A DNA stretch of 54,150 nucleotides, filler included, from Sluysia triapertura (taxonomy: Eukaryota), in NCBI GenBank assembly GCA_046118255.1. It is 4 parts of 4 records of this genome, joined end to end, with 100 filler letters (N's around TTAATTAATTAA, not from the genome) between each part and the next. Parts side by side here need not be neighbours in the genome. Positions count along the whole stretch, not along the records: positions 17,257 to 31,699 come from JBJNIA010259181.1; positions 31,800 to 43,003 come from JBJNIA010187379.1; 2 more parts are not named here. One strand, given 5' to 3'. Of the stretch, positions 25,039-37,418 are shown one piece after another. The notes under the pieces are model-generated. The model made no database searches and had not been told where the DNA came from. It was given only the letters and a program-made list of their open reading frames with translations. The translations under genes and the position numbers were made by a program. Every line of letters starts with the position of its first letter. Position 1 is the stretch's first letter.

Positions 25039-28000
25039 TAAGCAAATAGAAGATATTAGGCTTATACTAATTAAATTATAGAAACCTAAAAATGTATAAA
25101 TGTTCGATATAAAAGGATCGGACTTAAGGTCCTGTATGAAGACCAGTAAAAAATTATACTTTACAAAAGCTTTATTAAGAAATTTCAATTTCAGTACATA
25201 TTTTTTGCTTAGATAATGATGCCTTGGCTTTGTTATTATCTTTTTTGAAAACATGTATCGATAATTTACTTTTCAATGTTAGAATTTTAGTGGCTAGAAA
25301 TCTGTTCGATTATTTCTTTGTTTTGATGTTGAAGTGCAAGTTACTAATGAAGTACTTGGTGTGATCGTTAAATCTGGATCTGTTATAATTATATTCATTT
25401 GATAGGCTCTTATGACATAAAAGTGATGCTATTGCTACAACTGGTTGATTAAAACAAAAAGGAAATAATGGAAGGCTAATGATACTGAGATAATTAAATT
25501 TTTTGAGTTCTTCTTTGTACTTTATAAATAAAGTGCTTCACTCATAAAAGTCATTGTTTCATTCATTTCATTTAATATATCATTAAATTTTGTCAAACAT
25601 TCATCACAATAAAAAGGATCAACTATAATATCCCTAAAATTTATGACGCATTTCATTAGAAGACCTAGTGGAAGAAAAGTTATAATTTTTTCAGAAATTT
25701 ATATGCGATTTCATTACCATTGTCGTTATCAAAATTAAGGTTATATTAAAAAGTTTTCAAATGTTAAATGTTAAATAGATAGTGAATTTAATTAAGAATT
25801 TTGTTAATTTTATTGTAAGTGAAAATTATGTTATTGTTAACTGATTTTTGCGGTGAATAAAAAGTCGTGTATTGAACCACCACAACTTCTAAAATAGAAG
25901 CACAACTTTCAATGCGTAATACATCAACATATCAGATTCGGAATAATTCCTTCATAAGGATTCATTTTCTGTATGTTTTTAATTTATCACATTATTTTAT
26001 TATTATTCCTTGCTAAGCTTTTAAAATTAATTAAAATAAAAATTTCTTCCATTATTTCCATTAACACCTTTCATTTCATGCATAGATTTTTCTAAAAATA
26101 TCACCTTAATCCAACGTTATCTAACAAATTATTTTAATTAAAGTTATTTAATTAAATTAATTAAAAAATGTAATTTATCCATTCATCATCTTTACTACAA
26201 TTATTAATATTATTACCATTATTATTTATACTATTATTATTATTATTATTATCAATAATTATATTATTAACTACTATTCTAAATTTTATTACTAATTTTA
26301 TAATAATAATACTTTTTAATATTGATTTATTTCTATATAATAATAATAATTTAATTTTCAATTATTAATTCCATTACTAATTTCATAAATTCAATAAATT
26401 TTATTATTTTTATTATTAATTTAATTTTTAATTTAGTTTTAGATCCAAACCTGATAGATTATTTTATGTTATTCTTTTTTATTCAAGAACATGATCCGTA
26501 TGGTTTTTTAACCAAATATTTTATATAATGTAACACTTAAGGACCCTAACGATTTCAAGTGAAGCTTTGGTGAACTACTTGCTGGTGTTTCTTTAAAATT
26601 ATAGTTGTAACTTACTTAGCAAAATTACTAAACTATGGGCTCGGCCAGGATCTTCCATAGAATTTAAACAAGTAGTAATTAATCTGTACTTAAAAGGTCT
26701 ACATTCTTTATGAATTTTCTTGATATATGATTTATCGGAAACTATTCCTCAATATTATTATATTATGAATGCACGAAAAATGTTTAGTACAATTCCTTTA
26801 ATGAAACAATAAAATCTTTAAACGTTATTTAACAATAATATCGTTATTCAAACCATAAGAATAGACACAACAGTATGAAATAAAAAAAATAAATTTATTA
26901 ATGAAATATTATATTTTTTACAATTCAATTTTATTTTAAGATTATTTAGGTATCATTTTTTACTAATTTTTCCTTACTCGCCAATATAATAATAGTATGC
27001 GTCGGAATTCGTCTATAATGAACTATCTATATATCTTTATATGATTTTCTAATTAATCTTAGTGAATACCTTTGCTTCAAGCTGAACACCAATTGTCCTT
27101 TGAAAATATAACTTGTATAAATGTTTTCCAACATTATTTATCCTCTAATATTGCAACAATAATAAATATTAGTAATAATTATTAGCGATGTTTTTATTAT
27201 TCTCCACATTAATAATTACTAATCTTAGCCAACGGGCTGGATTGGAAAAAAATATTTTTCACGGGCCGGACAAAATATTAAAATTAAGAATGGTAATAAG
27301 CGAAACACTTATTCATTTAGGTGTTAAATACTCAAATATTTTAGGTCGATATTATCTCTCAATATATCGAAGACTTAAAAAATTTACAAAATAATATAAA
27401 ATTTATATTTTCAACTTCTAAAGTTGAAATTGACCCTACAAATATATAAATTACCAATGAATGGATTTGGTGTTGTCCGATAGATATTTTCCAAATTGTT
27501 GAATAATTGCGAATTTTGAACCGTTACTAAAATTTCACAATTCCTCGAAAAAAGACGCTGCAAAAATGAATCAACTGATTTTTCAAAATGGCGATTTTCA
27601 TTAAACTGATACTAGTTTATATACTAGTCATCAGCCAATGAAAATCGATGGAATGTTCCATAACATTCTAGAAGCAGCTTCTATCATATTTTTAGAAGCG
27701 AATTTTTTTCGAAAAATTATCATTTTTAAAGTGTTTTTTAAGGTTAATAAATGGTTTTAAAGCATTTTATATAATTTTAATTGAATTTTAAATGATTTTA
27801 AATAATTTTAAAGTGTTATTATGACATTTCAAATTATTTATAGGGTTCTGATGACAACCTAACATATTCAAAGTTCAATATTTCTCAAACTAATCAGTTA
27901 GAAAAGTTGTTAACAACTAACTTATCATTATTTAAATTATATGTTGTCTATAACAAATTTGGTTTGTTTAAGTTCCGCACATTTTGATCAGCTTGATTCA

Positions 28001-29706
28001 ATTAAATGAATAATTATGTAGTAGAAATCAACAATGCATAAAAACAGGTAGCTACATTAAATAAAACAAGAACTAGAAAACTTACAATTAGAAAGTTTGC
28101 AAACAACAATAACACAACAATGACAATGTCAGCAATAATTTTAATAAAAATATTAAATAACCATGATAAATTTTGATTGTTAAAATGTGTAATATCATAA
28201 AAATTTTTGAGAAAATATATTGAATTGTAATGTAGTGCAACGATTGTTTTTGTTGTATATTATATGTTATTTGATGATTTCATAATTGTGTTAAATTGCA
28301 CTGAAGTTTGTTTAAGATTTTATTTGTAAGAAATGTGTTATATTGTGTTGAAGTTTGCTTATGATTGTGTTGATGTTTAGGGTGCTTTTGTATTGAGTTC
28401 ACTGCATTCAATATTTAGTTAGGTTTGTATGTGTGACAAAATAAATAAAAAAGGAAGGAAAATACTTGTTTAAAATTTTAACTTTTAAAAATTCAAAAGA
28501 ATATTTGTTAATTTAATTCAAATAATTTAATAAATTATTTTAACTCAGTAACTCAGTATAAGGATAAACATTTGAGAAAATAGCATAAATAATGAAATAC
28601 AATGATGAAATATATTAGTGTTACGAAAACCGAAATAATACGAAATATCTCTGGATAGTTAATATTAATTAAAATTAATTAAATTTCTTCTTGATAAAGT
28701 TAAATTTTTGTGTTATAATGATCATAAATGGCAACACACCTTAACGATCATTAAAAAATCATTCCGAAATTTAATTTTGATGAATCGTCGTCGATGTTGA
28801 CATATGGAATCAAAAGTTATTGCGGCATGAGTTTCATATTTATTTTTTTGTAAGTCTTTTATATATATAAGATTATTTATGAAAAATAAGTGTGAAGACT
28901 GGCTCACCTATAGTAAACGTCTTAAATCCTAATGGAAGGTACTTGTATGTGTTTGTTGTCTCTGTATGAGAATACTACTTCAGGTCTCTATTCGAATTCG
29001 AACGCTTATTATTTAACTTTACTATTGATAAATAAATATTACCATCTATTCTTGTTCGAGGAATATATTTTTGTTTTGTCAAGAAGCATGGATATGCTCT
29101 CTAAACTGTACTCTTTACCTAAAAATCTTTTCTAAGAATTTTACGATATTAAATTATTCCAAGTTCCGTCTAATTTGGTGTAAGTCTTTTGCGTCTAATA
29201 AGGACTTATTATTTTCGATCTGAAACATGTTTCCCTTTTTATTCAATTTCAATAAATAACAATATTAATATTAAATGGAGTAACAATATTAATATTATAA
29301 ATATTAATAACAATGGAGTAAGCACACAGGATGAAACCGTTTGAATACAACAATATAACATTTTATGGTATTACTATAAAATTCAATCATGTAGTAAAGA
29401 CTTAACAATCAAAGTTCGTAATGTATATATACAACAATTACTATAAATTATTATTATATTAAGAATTAATTCTTTATACACTTAACGAATTTTAACAATA
29501 TTTTAAAATAGTATTAAACTAGTTGCAAAAATAAAAATAATTTGAGTCACATTTTGATCCTTAATTAATTAAGAAAAAATATCTACGTTAAAAAACTTAG
29601 AAATTAATGTCAAAATGATTACAGAATTAGCAAGCAAATTTCCGCGCAAATTTCAGCTTAATGGAATCTGAACAATTTTGGTCTCGCTGATATACTCAAT
29701 AGAGTC

Positions 29707-30398
29707 CTATTTAACGTTCTTTTTTAAATAAGAATGGTACACTTTTGTTGAACATTCTGTACTTGGTGAATGCATTAAAACATTACTGTGAACATTGCCA
29801 TTACCAGAACTTAATGAACCAGTTCCTGAGCTTACTTCGGAAACTTCTCCTCCAGACAGAATAAACATCGATAGACTTAGAGTCTTCATCATGATTGGAA
29901 TAATAAGAATTAATATATTGGGTTTTAAAATTGCTCTTCAACATTTCGTGTTTGACAATACTAGGACTAGTTGGATTGGTCGAAATCGGATAGACTTGTG
30001 TTATAACTCCAAAATCGGTATTAGAAGAGGACTGTTCAGGAAATCCAAAATCGATATCAGAAGAATTATTACCATTGTAATTGGTTTGAAATTTATTTTT
30101 TGATTATTACATTAGGATATTGATGATACATTGCATCAGACTTATTATTATTATTATCATTATTATTATTATTGTTGTTGTTATGATAATGTTTATTTTG
30201 TGATGTACACGTATGCTTAGTAGATGTTACTGTATCGGAAGTAATGCTATTATTATTAACACTATTATTTGGGCTTGTGGTGGTTGAACGAGGTTTTATA
30301 TTAGTTTTAGTTAAATGATCAGTGTTTATTTGGTTGTTCTTCTGCTGCAGACATCTATCACTCCAACTTTCACCCTTTAGTTTTTTATCTGCATAAAC
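29707..30398 (-). CDS. GLI: Gli/Ci 3' exon after the zinc fingers, with apparent frameshifts
   Basis: Begins VYADKKLKGESW (cf. Ci HGAEFYANKKHKG) in phase with the finger exon; poly-Asn tract. Frame closes at ~30092 unless one A is removed from an A6 run; 3' extent uncertain. Confidence 0.6.
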
Positions 30399-30417
30399 CT
30401 ATAGTAATAATAATAAN

Positions 30418-30650
30418 NNNNNNNNNNNNNNNNNNNNNNNNNNNNNNNNNNNNNNNNNNNNNNNNNNNNNNNNNNNNNNNNNNNNNNNNNNNNNNNNNNN
30501 NNNNNNNNNNNNNNNNNNNNNNNNNNNNNNNNNNNNNNNNNNNNNNNNNNNNNNNNNNNNNNNNNNNNNNNNNNNNNNNNNNNNNNNNNNNNNNNNNNNN
30601 NNNNNNNNNNNNNNNNNNNNNNNNNNNNNNNNNNNNNNNNNNNNNNNNNN
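30418..30650. other. Assembly gap inside Gli intron
   Basis: Run of N flanked by AAT-type repeats. Confidence 0.95.
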
Positions 30651-30676
30651 TGATAACAATGACAGTGTAAATAAAC

Positions 30677-30934
30677 CTGAGCACCATGATTTGTTTTGAC
30701 ATGCTTTCGTAATGAACTCGGATCAGTATATCGTTTAGTACAACCTTCAACCTTACATACATACGGTTTTGTGTTACTATGGGTACGATTTTGATGTTTT
30801 GCACGATCACTAGCATTACTAAATGCTTTTTTACAGCCTGGAAATTCACAGGCATAGGGTTTTTCACCAGTATGTGATCTAATATGGGTTTTCAAATTTT
30901 CCAATCTCGAGTAACGTTTTGTACAATTGGGATA
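30677..30934 (-). CDS. GLI: Gli/Cubitus interruptus zinc fingers 3-5 exon
   Basis: [97 protein letters not shown] indicates Gli rather than Glis or Zic; AG/GT flanked. Confidence 0.95.
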
Positions 30935-31264
30935 CTGAAATTGAAATATTCGATGTAACAAATTATATACTTATAAAACTGAATATGCTCCAAGTATGGT
31001 CAAAGTATTAACAGTAAAAAAAGTACTAATGCTTTTATTTCTAACATCTGCTGTCAAGCAACAAATAATAATGATGAGTAAAGTTTGAAATTTTCAGTAC
31101 TTTATTTTATTTAACTGTCAAATATTTTTCGCCATATTAATAGCTTTGTCATAATAATTGACTCATGTTTTATTTTAAGAACCTTGGAATTGATTTGTTG
31201 TTGCTTATTTATTACACCTCATGCATACGAATTTAAAATACAAGTTTTCTCTTGTTAGACTTCA

Positions 31265-31410
31265 ATAAATCGAACTCAGGATCTCTCGCTTTGCAGCTGT
31301 GCAGTTCGATGCTCTGACCACTGAACTATCAGACCCGTCTAACAATTTTATTTTATTATAGTCAATTATACTATCACAATTCTAAAGCACTTTAAACCTG
31401 TACCCCAACA
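31265..31410 (-). repeat. tRNA-derived (Cys-like) pseudogene/repeat with conserved 5' flank
   Basis: Minus strand GGGTCTGATAGTTCAGTGGTCAGAGCATCGAACTGCA...GATCCTGAGTTCGA has A-box and B-box-like motifs; acceptor stem incomplete; second copy at 24950-25038. Confidence 0.65.
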
Positions 31411-31501
31411 CTCTCTATAACTAATTCGAGGGTATTTATGTTAATTTAGCTTATTTCTGTAATCCCAAATATTATTATTTTCTTCGACTTTTTCTTACTT
31501 A

Positions 31502-31545
31502 TTAACCCTTTAACCTCCGGTGAGCGCATTTTTGCGAACATAAAT
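31502..31545. mobile_element. piggyBac-type terminus
   Basis: TTAA followed by CCCTTTAACCTCCGG; partner end not seen. Confidence 0.4.
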
Positions 31546-31622
31546 TTATTTGAGAGATTATAATGAAAAATATGTGAGAAAAGCCATTAAAAAAGCTTTC
31601 ATGAATTTTCAATAAAATAGCA

Positions 31623-31699
31623 CAGTGATGGCGAACCTTTCTGAGAAGTGGGTCAAATTTTGTTTACTAATTTTTAGACTAGCTCGTGGGTCACTAAGT
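31623..31699. mobile_element. hAT MITE left end running into gap
   Basis: CAGTGATGGCGAACCTTT is a typical hAT/Charlie-like terminus. Confidence 0.55.
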
Positions 31700-31799
31700 N
31701 NNNNNNNNNNNNNNNNNNNNNNNNNNNNNNNNNNNNNNNNNNNTTAATTAATTAANNNNNNNNNNNNNNNNNNNNNNNNNNNNNNNNNNNNNNNNNNNN
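31700..31799. other. Scaffold gap with synthetic linker
   Basis: 44 N + TTAATTAATTAA + 44 N. Confidence 0.95.
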
Positions 31800-33499
31800 T
31801 AAATAAAATTAAAAAATTAATGTTTAATATTGTAAAATAAAAATTTATAAATAATTATCTTAGAAAATTTGTAAATAAAATTAATGTTTAATTTTGTAAA
31901 AAAATTTAATTCAAAAAATTATTCAAATAAAATTTTATGATAGAATAAAAGGACTTTATTTATTTTATATAATTTTTATGCGTGTAAAATAATAAAAACA
32001 GTTTCTAAAAAGAATATGATTATACTTAAAATAATAAACAGTTTTTTAAAAGAGAATATAAAAGGGATGAAGTTATTTAAAAATTTTTAACAAAGTTTGC
32101 TGGAATACTTTCGAGAGAGAGATTTGATATATTAATTTGGACAAAGGATTAATATAATTTGGATAACGCATTGGTTAAAGGATTTATTTGGTTATTATAT
32201 GATCGTACAAAGAATTAATTTAATTACACGATAATTTGAATTATAATTTGGAAAGAAGATAAATTTGAACACGATTTTTGGAAATTATTTTTGTTCATGT
32301 GAGTTGATAATTGTTAGGATATGCAAAAATAACTTCTGCGTTAATATTCACACGTAAAATCATTTTGATCACGCCAAGTATCACACCTGGCTTAATTATT
32401 TTTAAAATCGAAATAAATAAAGATCAATCTCTTTATTTTTAATTTACTTATCTTGTATTTTTCTTGTTATATTTGTTATATTCATTTGTAAAAAATTACT
32501 ATTTCCTTAATAAAATTTCGTTTCTTGTGTATTTTTTTATTAATTAATTGAAAGAAAAGTTAATAACATAAGAATATATTGAATCAACCTTTATAGATTA
32601 AGGTAAATTAATTTAAAGAATTTAAAGATAAGTTTAACTGGTAAATTAAATTAAAGCGATTAAGGTAGATTAAACTAAAGAATTGTAGAGTTTAGTTCAG
32701 ATAACGTTGATTAAAAAGAAAATTAGTGACCCTCTCTTTGATTTTTAAGAAAGTTTTAAATTAGTTTTAGTAACTTATCTGTAATTGCGTCCTCGTTCAG
32801 ACATAAATCGCAATATACAGGCGGACCCATTTTATTAAAATTTTTATAATTGTTGATTTTTTGAGAAGAAATCGAACAATATGTGTCTTAATGTTATACT
32901 TTTTCTAAGGAATACCACGTGTTTTTCGCAACAGGAATGCTATTTAATGATGACTTATTATTATAGAACTTTGTCAGACTTGTATTTTTTGTTTTTGTTT
33001 AATTGATCATACATTTTTTGTTACATTTCTTACTTAACCATTTAAAATCTATTCGCTAGGCCTTAAACTGGCTTTAAATTTTTGAAAAATGAAAATGCAA
33101 ATACAAAAAATAAAAATTAAACGAAAGTAAAACAAAGACATTGAGTTTAAACTTTAAAGTAACACCTAGTTTAAGTACTAATAACTGAAATAATACTGTA
33201 GTAAAAAGTTTATGTTTAATAGTAATGTGAAAAGCAACGCAATCCTAGACTTATATACTTAAGGGCTAGAATAATAGTTCAGGTTTATTTTTAAATTAAT
33301 TTTGGTAAAATCTTAAACTTGTCTTAATAGTAATTGCCTGCAATTAATTCCTTAATCAGTAATATTTAGTAATTTGCATAAGATTTTACTACCGTGTAAT
33401 TAAAAGCAGTACACTTACTAAATAGAATCTAATAATGATAATTATTTGTTTCTTTAAATAACCAAAATTAAAATAATAATTACATTAACAATTTTAATA

Positions 33500-33690
33500 T
33501 GACGAAGTCAAGAAGTCAAGAATTTAGAAAATCAGAAATATGACTTTGTATTTGTGCAAAACATTTGTGTAATTTAAACATTTGTATTTTTATAATTTAT
33601 AAATGTCATCTTTATATATTATATTATATTTAACAATTTGTTGATAATTTGTGAACATTATGTATCTCAAATATTATTTTTATTATTATT
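33500..33690 (+). repeat. 5' LTR
   Basis: AGTCAAGAAGTCAAGAATTTAGAAAATCAGAAAT...TCTCAAATATTATTTTTATTAT, near-identical to 37228-37418. Confidence 0.9.
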
Positions 33691-34643
33691 TTAATAACCA
33701 GTCCCAAATTACGGGAATTTCATGCACCCATACAGTAGACAACTCCACTCCGAGGTGTGAATGAAACCTCGTGCCCGAACCAAGCTTTCCTACGCGACAC
33801 ACAATTAATTTCTGCAGAGGATCTTAAGGACGCTAAGGATATCAACAACGTCAGATCTTACTTCCTAAACTTGTTTGACAATAAAGTACTTAATCCCCAA
33901 TTCGTTATCCAAGCGCTGAATATCCATTTTGGTTGGCTGAGAAGCATCATGAATTTGACAACCGCATTCTTTTATCCTTTACAACTGAGGATATATTCTT
34001 GATGGCAAGAGAGACATGGAAGTTTGTCCTAAATTCTCATGCAAACAAGCAGCCACTGAATTAGTCACATTATTAGATTTCATCCGTGAACTTGACGAAA
34101 ATTTTATTCCCCCTCCTCTCTTTTCGAAGAAATCTAGTGTTTATACACCTCAACCTGTTTCTCCTTCTTCATTTTCTCCATCAATTTCCACACCTGTTTC
34201 ATCTACTCATATCACAAACAACAACTCCGATATCCAAGTTTTGTCCTCGCCTTCAACATCCACATCGTCAAATACCCAATTATTATTTAGAAACATGTTC
34301 CAATCACAAGGAAAAGAGCCTTTATACCGATCAACAGTCACGATCATTCCAACGACCATAACTGCACGACATGGGGATGATTAGATTGTGATGGCAGGGT
34401 TATAAATGAATCCGTAATGGATTTAAAATATAAATTTTTATTATTTGAGTTCAAAATGAACTTAAGGTCGTTACAATTAACAAATAGTATAATTGAAAAA
34501 CTATAGTTAAAGTCAATTATATAATTAATAGGAAAAACAAAAAAATAAGAATTATTCGTTTTATTTGCAATTCCAACCACACATGTTGAATTTTCAATCT
34601 AGAACAGTTTTCAGATAAAAATAACAACTTGTAATTTCATGAA

Positions 34644-36700
34644 TTAGAAGCTGGCAGTATGTAAAATAACTCGATGCGTTATCCGGAACATTTGATTTAC
34701 CATGCACAAAATTTGTTCCAACGGTAGCGCCTCGTTCATATAACCCATAATCTTCGTTGGCAACTCATCATCTTCATACCCATATTTAAACTTCTTCGTA
34801 TTTACATCTTTAGATGATCTATCAGAACATGACTTCAATCTTAATCGCATAGAGCTTTCAGTATTCAATCCTTTAGTTGTATTTTCAATTACCAGGTGAT
34901 GAGTATGATCGTGATGTTCAAATTTATTCATATTTATACTTTTACAGTCTTTATTATTATTATTAGTATTATTTTCATTTTTATAATCTTTATTTTTATT
35001 TTCAGTATTATTTTTATTAGTATTTCATTTACATTTCTTTTACATCTTGTGTTCACATGCACGCTTTCCAAATTTCCGACAATTAATTGTATCATTTTGA
35101 ATTTTATAAGTACATGCTTTACGTAACCAAAGTTCAGTATTGTTTTCAAATTTACCTTTACATTCTATCATGCCTAACTCATCTAGTGTCTGCACACATT
35201 TTACATGTTGTAGAAACTATATTTTCTGATTTACAGTTAATACATACCCATAAAGATTCTTTGCTATTTAATTCATCATCATTAATGCCTTTGTCTTTAA
35301 GAAAATTATACTAGTTATCATTACCTTCATTAATACTAACGCCACCATCTTCTTTATCATCTTCAACATTATTATTAATATCATCATCATCATGAGTCTT
35401 CTCATAATCATTGTTACTAATAAAAGAAGTAAGAGATCTAAAAGAATTTCCATTCGATTTTAAATTCAGCATTGTAGAAATAGTGATGACGGATGAAAAC
35501 GCATCAAATGATTGTTTCCGTATCAATCACCATGTTCTCTTGCATTGATTGCTTTTTTAAAACTTTTAAATAAAAGTAAGTGATGTATTATCGTTTCATA
35601 TGTTTTTTCTTCTTGAATTCGATTTACTTTGTTAAATTTAACACTAAGTTTAAATCTAGAAAATAAATTGTAGTTGTGCCTTCCATCTAGAAACATCTGA
35701 AGAGACGACTTCTAATTTAACCATTCACCATAATTTGTTGTAGGCAAATTATATTCGTCTTCAATTTCTGTAAAATGCAATCCAGTAATTAGTTTTGAGT
35801 TCAGTTTTTCATCAAACGTTCATCCGCATATTGCACCAAATCCACGAAATCAACTCGAAAATCTTTCCACAAACTAGATTCCATTGGATTTTCATGATTG
35901 AAAATAACTTGTTCAATAAAATCATCATCATTAGTCTTCTCATAATCATTGCTATTAATAGAAGAAGTAATAGATCTAAAAGAATTTCCATTCGATTTTA
36001 AATTCAGCATTGTAGAAATAGTGATAATGGATGAAAACATATCAAATGATTTTTTACCATAAACTTTTTGAAATTAAGTTTTTAATTGAAAAATAATATT
36101 TAAAATAAAATATTAATTTCAAACACGATAAAAACATTAGAAATATAAAATATAAATGATCTTGTTAATAATATTTGGATTGATGTTCTAATATAACATG
36201 TCTCATTTTGGTATATTTTATACTAATTCCAATCTAAACTAATTTTGTATTATTTGAACGCAATTTTACTTTATGTTCATCAGTTGATACATTTTCTTTT
36301 AAATGATTACTTTTGTTGTCATTTTTTTTCATTTAATTTCACATTAAGTTCTGAATAATTCTTCATTGTTTCAGTGTTGGCATTTACTTGTTTGTTTATT
36401 TACTCACCAGACTCTTGTTCTACATGTTCGTCATTACGATTATTAAGCAAATTTTGACCATTGTATGAATCCACTGATGCATTTTCATTACCTTTATTTA
36501 GTAAGGTAGTATCCAAAACTATTGTATCATTGATGGTTAAATTTATACTTGAAATTTTTTGACAACAGTTTTTAATCAACGAAAAATCATTGGGAAAATT
36601 TTTATATTTACTTTTGTTTAAGGTTTCATTTAAAAGACAGTTGTAACATTGGAAAGGCACAAATCTTTCCACGATGTATCAGGATGATCATGCAATAACT
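34644..36700 (-). pseudogene. Decayed host-like gene with RanBP2/NZF-type zinc fingers inside the LTR element
   Basis: WVCINCKSENIVSTTCKMC (35250-35190) and degenerate WLRKACTYKIQNDTINCRKFG (35129-35065); acidic linkers; many stops and frameshifts. Confidence 0.55.
35383..36058. repeat. ~137-bp direct duplication (35383-35519 and 35921-36058)
   Basis: Both copies encode FSS(V/I)ITISTMLNLKSNGNSFRS(L/I)TS..DYEKT.DDD on the minus strand. Confidence 0.9.
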
Positions 36701-37227
36701 TTGCAACACGAAATTTCTTATCTTGAGAGATAAAATACAAACAACAATAGGAATTTGCAAGAAATACATAAACATAAATACTAATAGAAAGAGGACAAAA
36801 AAGGAAAGTAATTATGTTTCGGAGGTGATGTGTTGAGGCAAATTAGAAAAGCGATATCAGCGGAACCAAATATGATAATTTATAATAATAGTTTATTATA
36901 ATGGTTTATGTGTTGCCTATTTTTTTATTATTGAGTTTTGTAATTTGTGTGATATAAGTTGAGGTTGTGCATTGTCAAGAGTATTGGCGAATGACTTTTA
37001 TGTGAGAATGTGGCTGTACGTGGCAATAAAAGTACAGTATTTGACTGGGACACCACATGGATCTCCCCTCCAAGTCTCTTCCCAGCCTCATCTCGATGGC
37101 CTCCATCAGCCCATGGCGCCTTTACCGATTCACCCTTTCTTCTTTGACGATGTCGACCTAGACAACGATTTATAGATCTTGTCAGATTGCTAGATTTGGG
37201 TCAAATCTTCCCTTGGAGGGAAGTATT

Positions 37228-37418
37228 TGTTAGAGTCAAGAAGTCAAGAATTTAGAAAATCAGAAATTTGACATTTGTATTTGTGCAAAACATTTGTATA
37301 ATTTAAACATTTGTATTTTTATAATTTATGAATATCATCTTTATATATTATATTACATTTAACAATTTGTTGATAATTTGTGAATATTATATATCTCAAA
37401 TATTATTTTTATTATACA
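37228..37418 (+). repeat. 3' LTR
   Basis: TGTTAGAGTC...ATTATACA, preceded by a PPT-like tract. Confidence 0.9.

Larger units (their letters stand above)
33500..37418 (+). mobile_element. Non-autonomous LTR retroelement (~3.9 kb) with foreign internal cargo
   Basis: ~190-bp direct repeats at 33500-~33690 and 37228-37418; the 3' copy is TG...CA and preceded by purine tract GGAGGGAAG. Broken gag-like ORFs at 33757-34384; no RT, RNase H or integrase motifs seen; no clear TSD. Confidence 0.8.

Noticed and set aside
25850-25970. Kinase-like CGGSIHDFL peptide
   Set aside because: Isolated, interrupted by stops, no other kinase subdomains nearby.
30377-30961. 194/160/86-aa ORFs spanning X runs
   Set aside because: Artefacts of reading through the N gap; the real exon is 30677-30934.
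31265-31336. Functional tRNA-Cys gene
   Set aside because: Anticodon arm is expanded and no 3' acceptor strand pairs with the 5' end.
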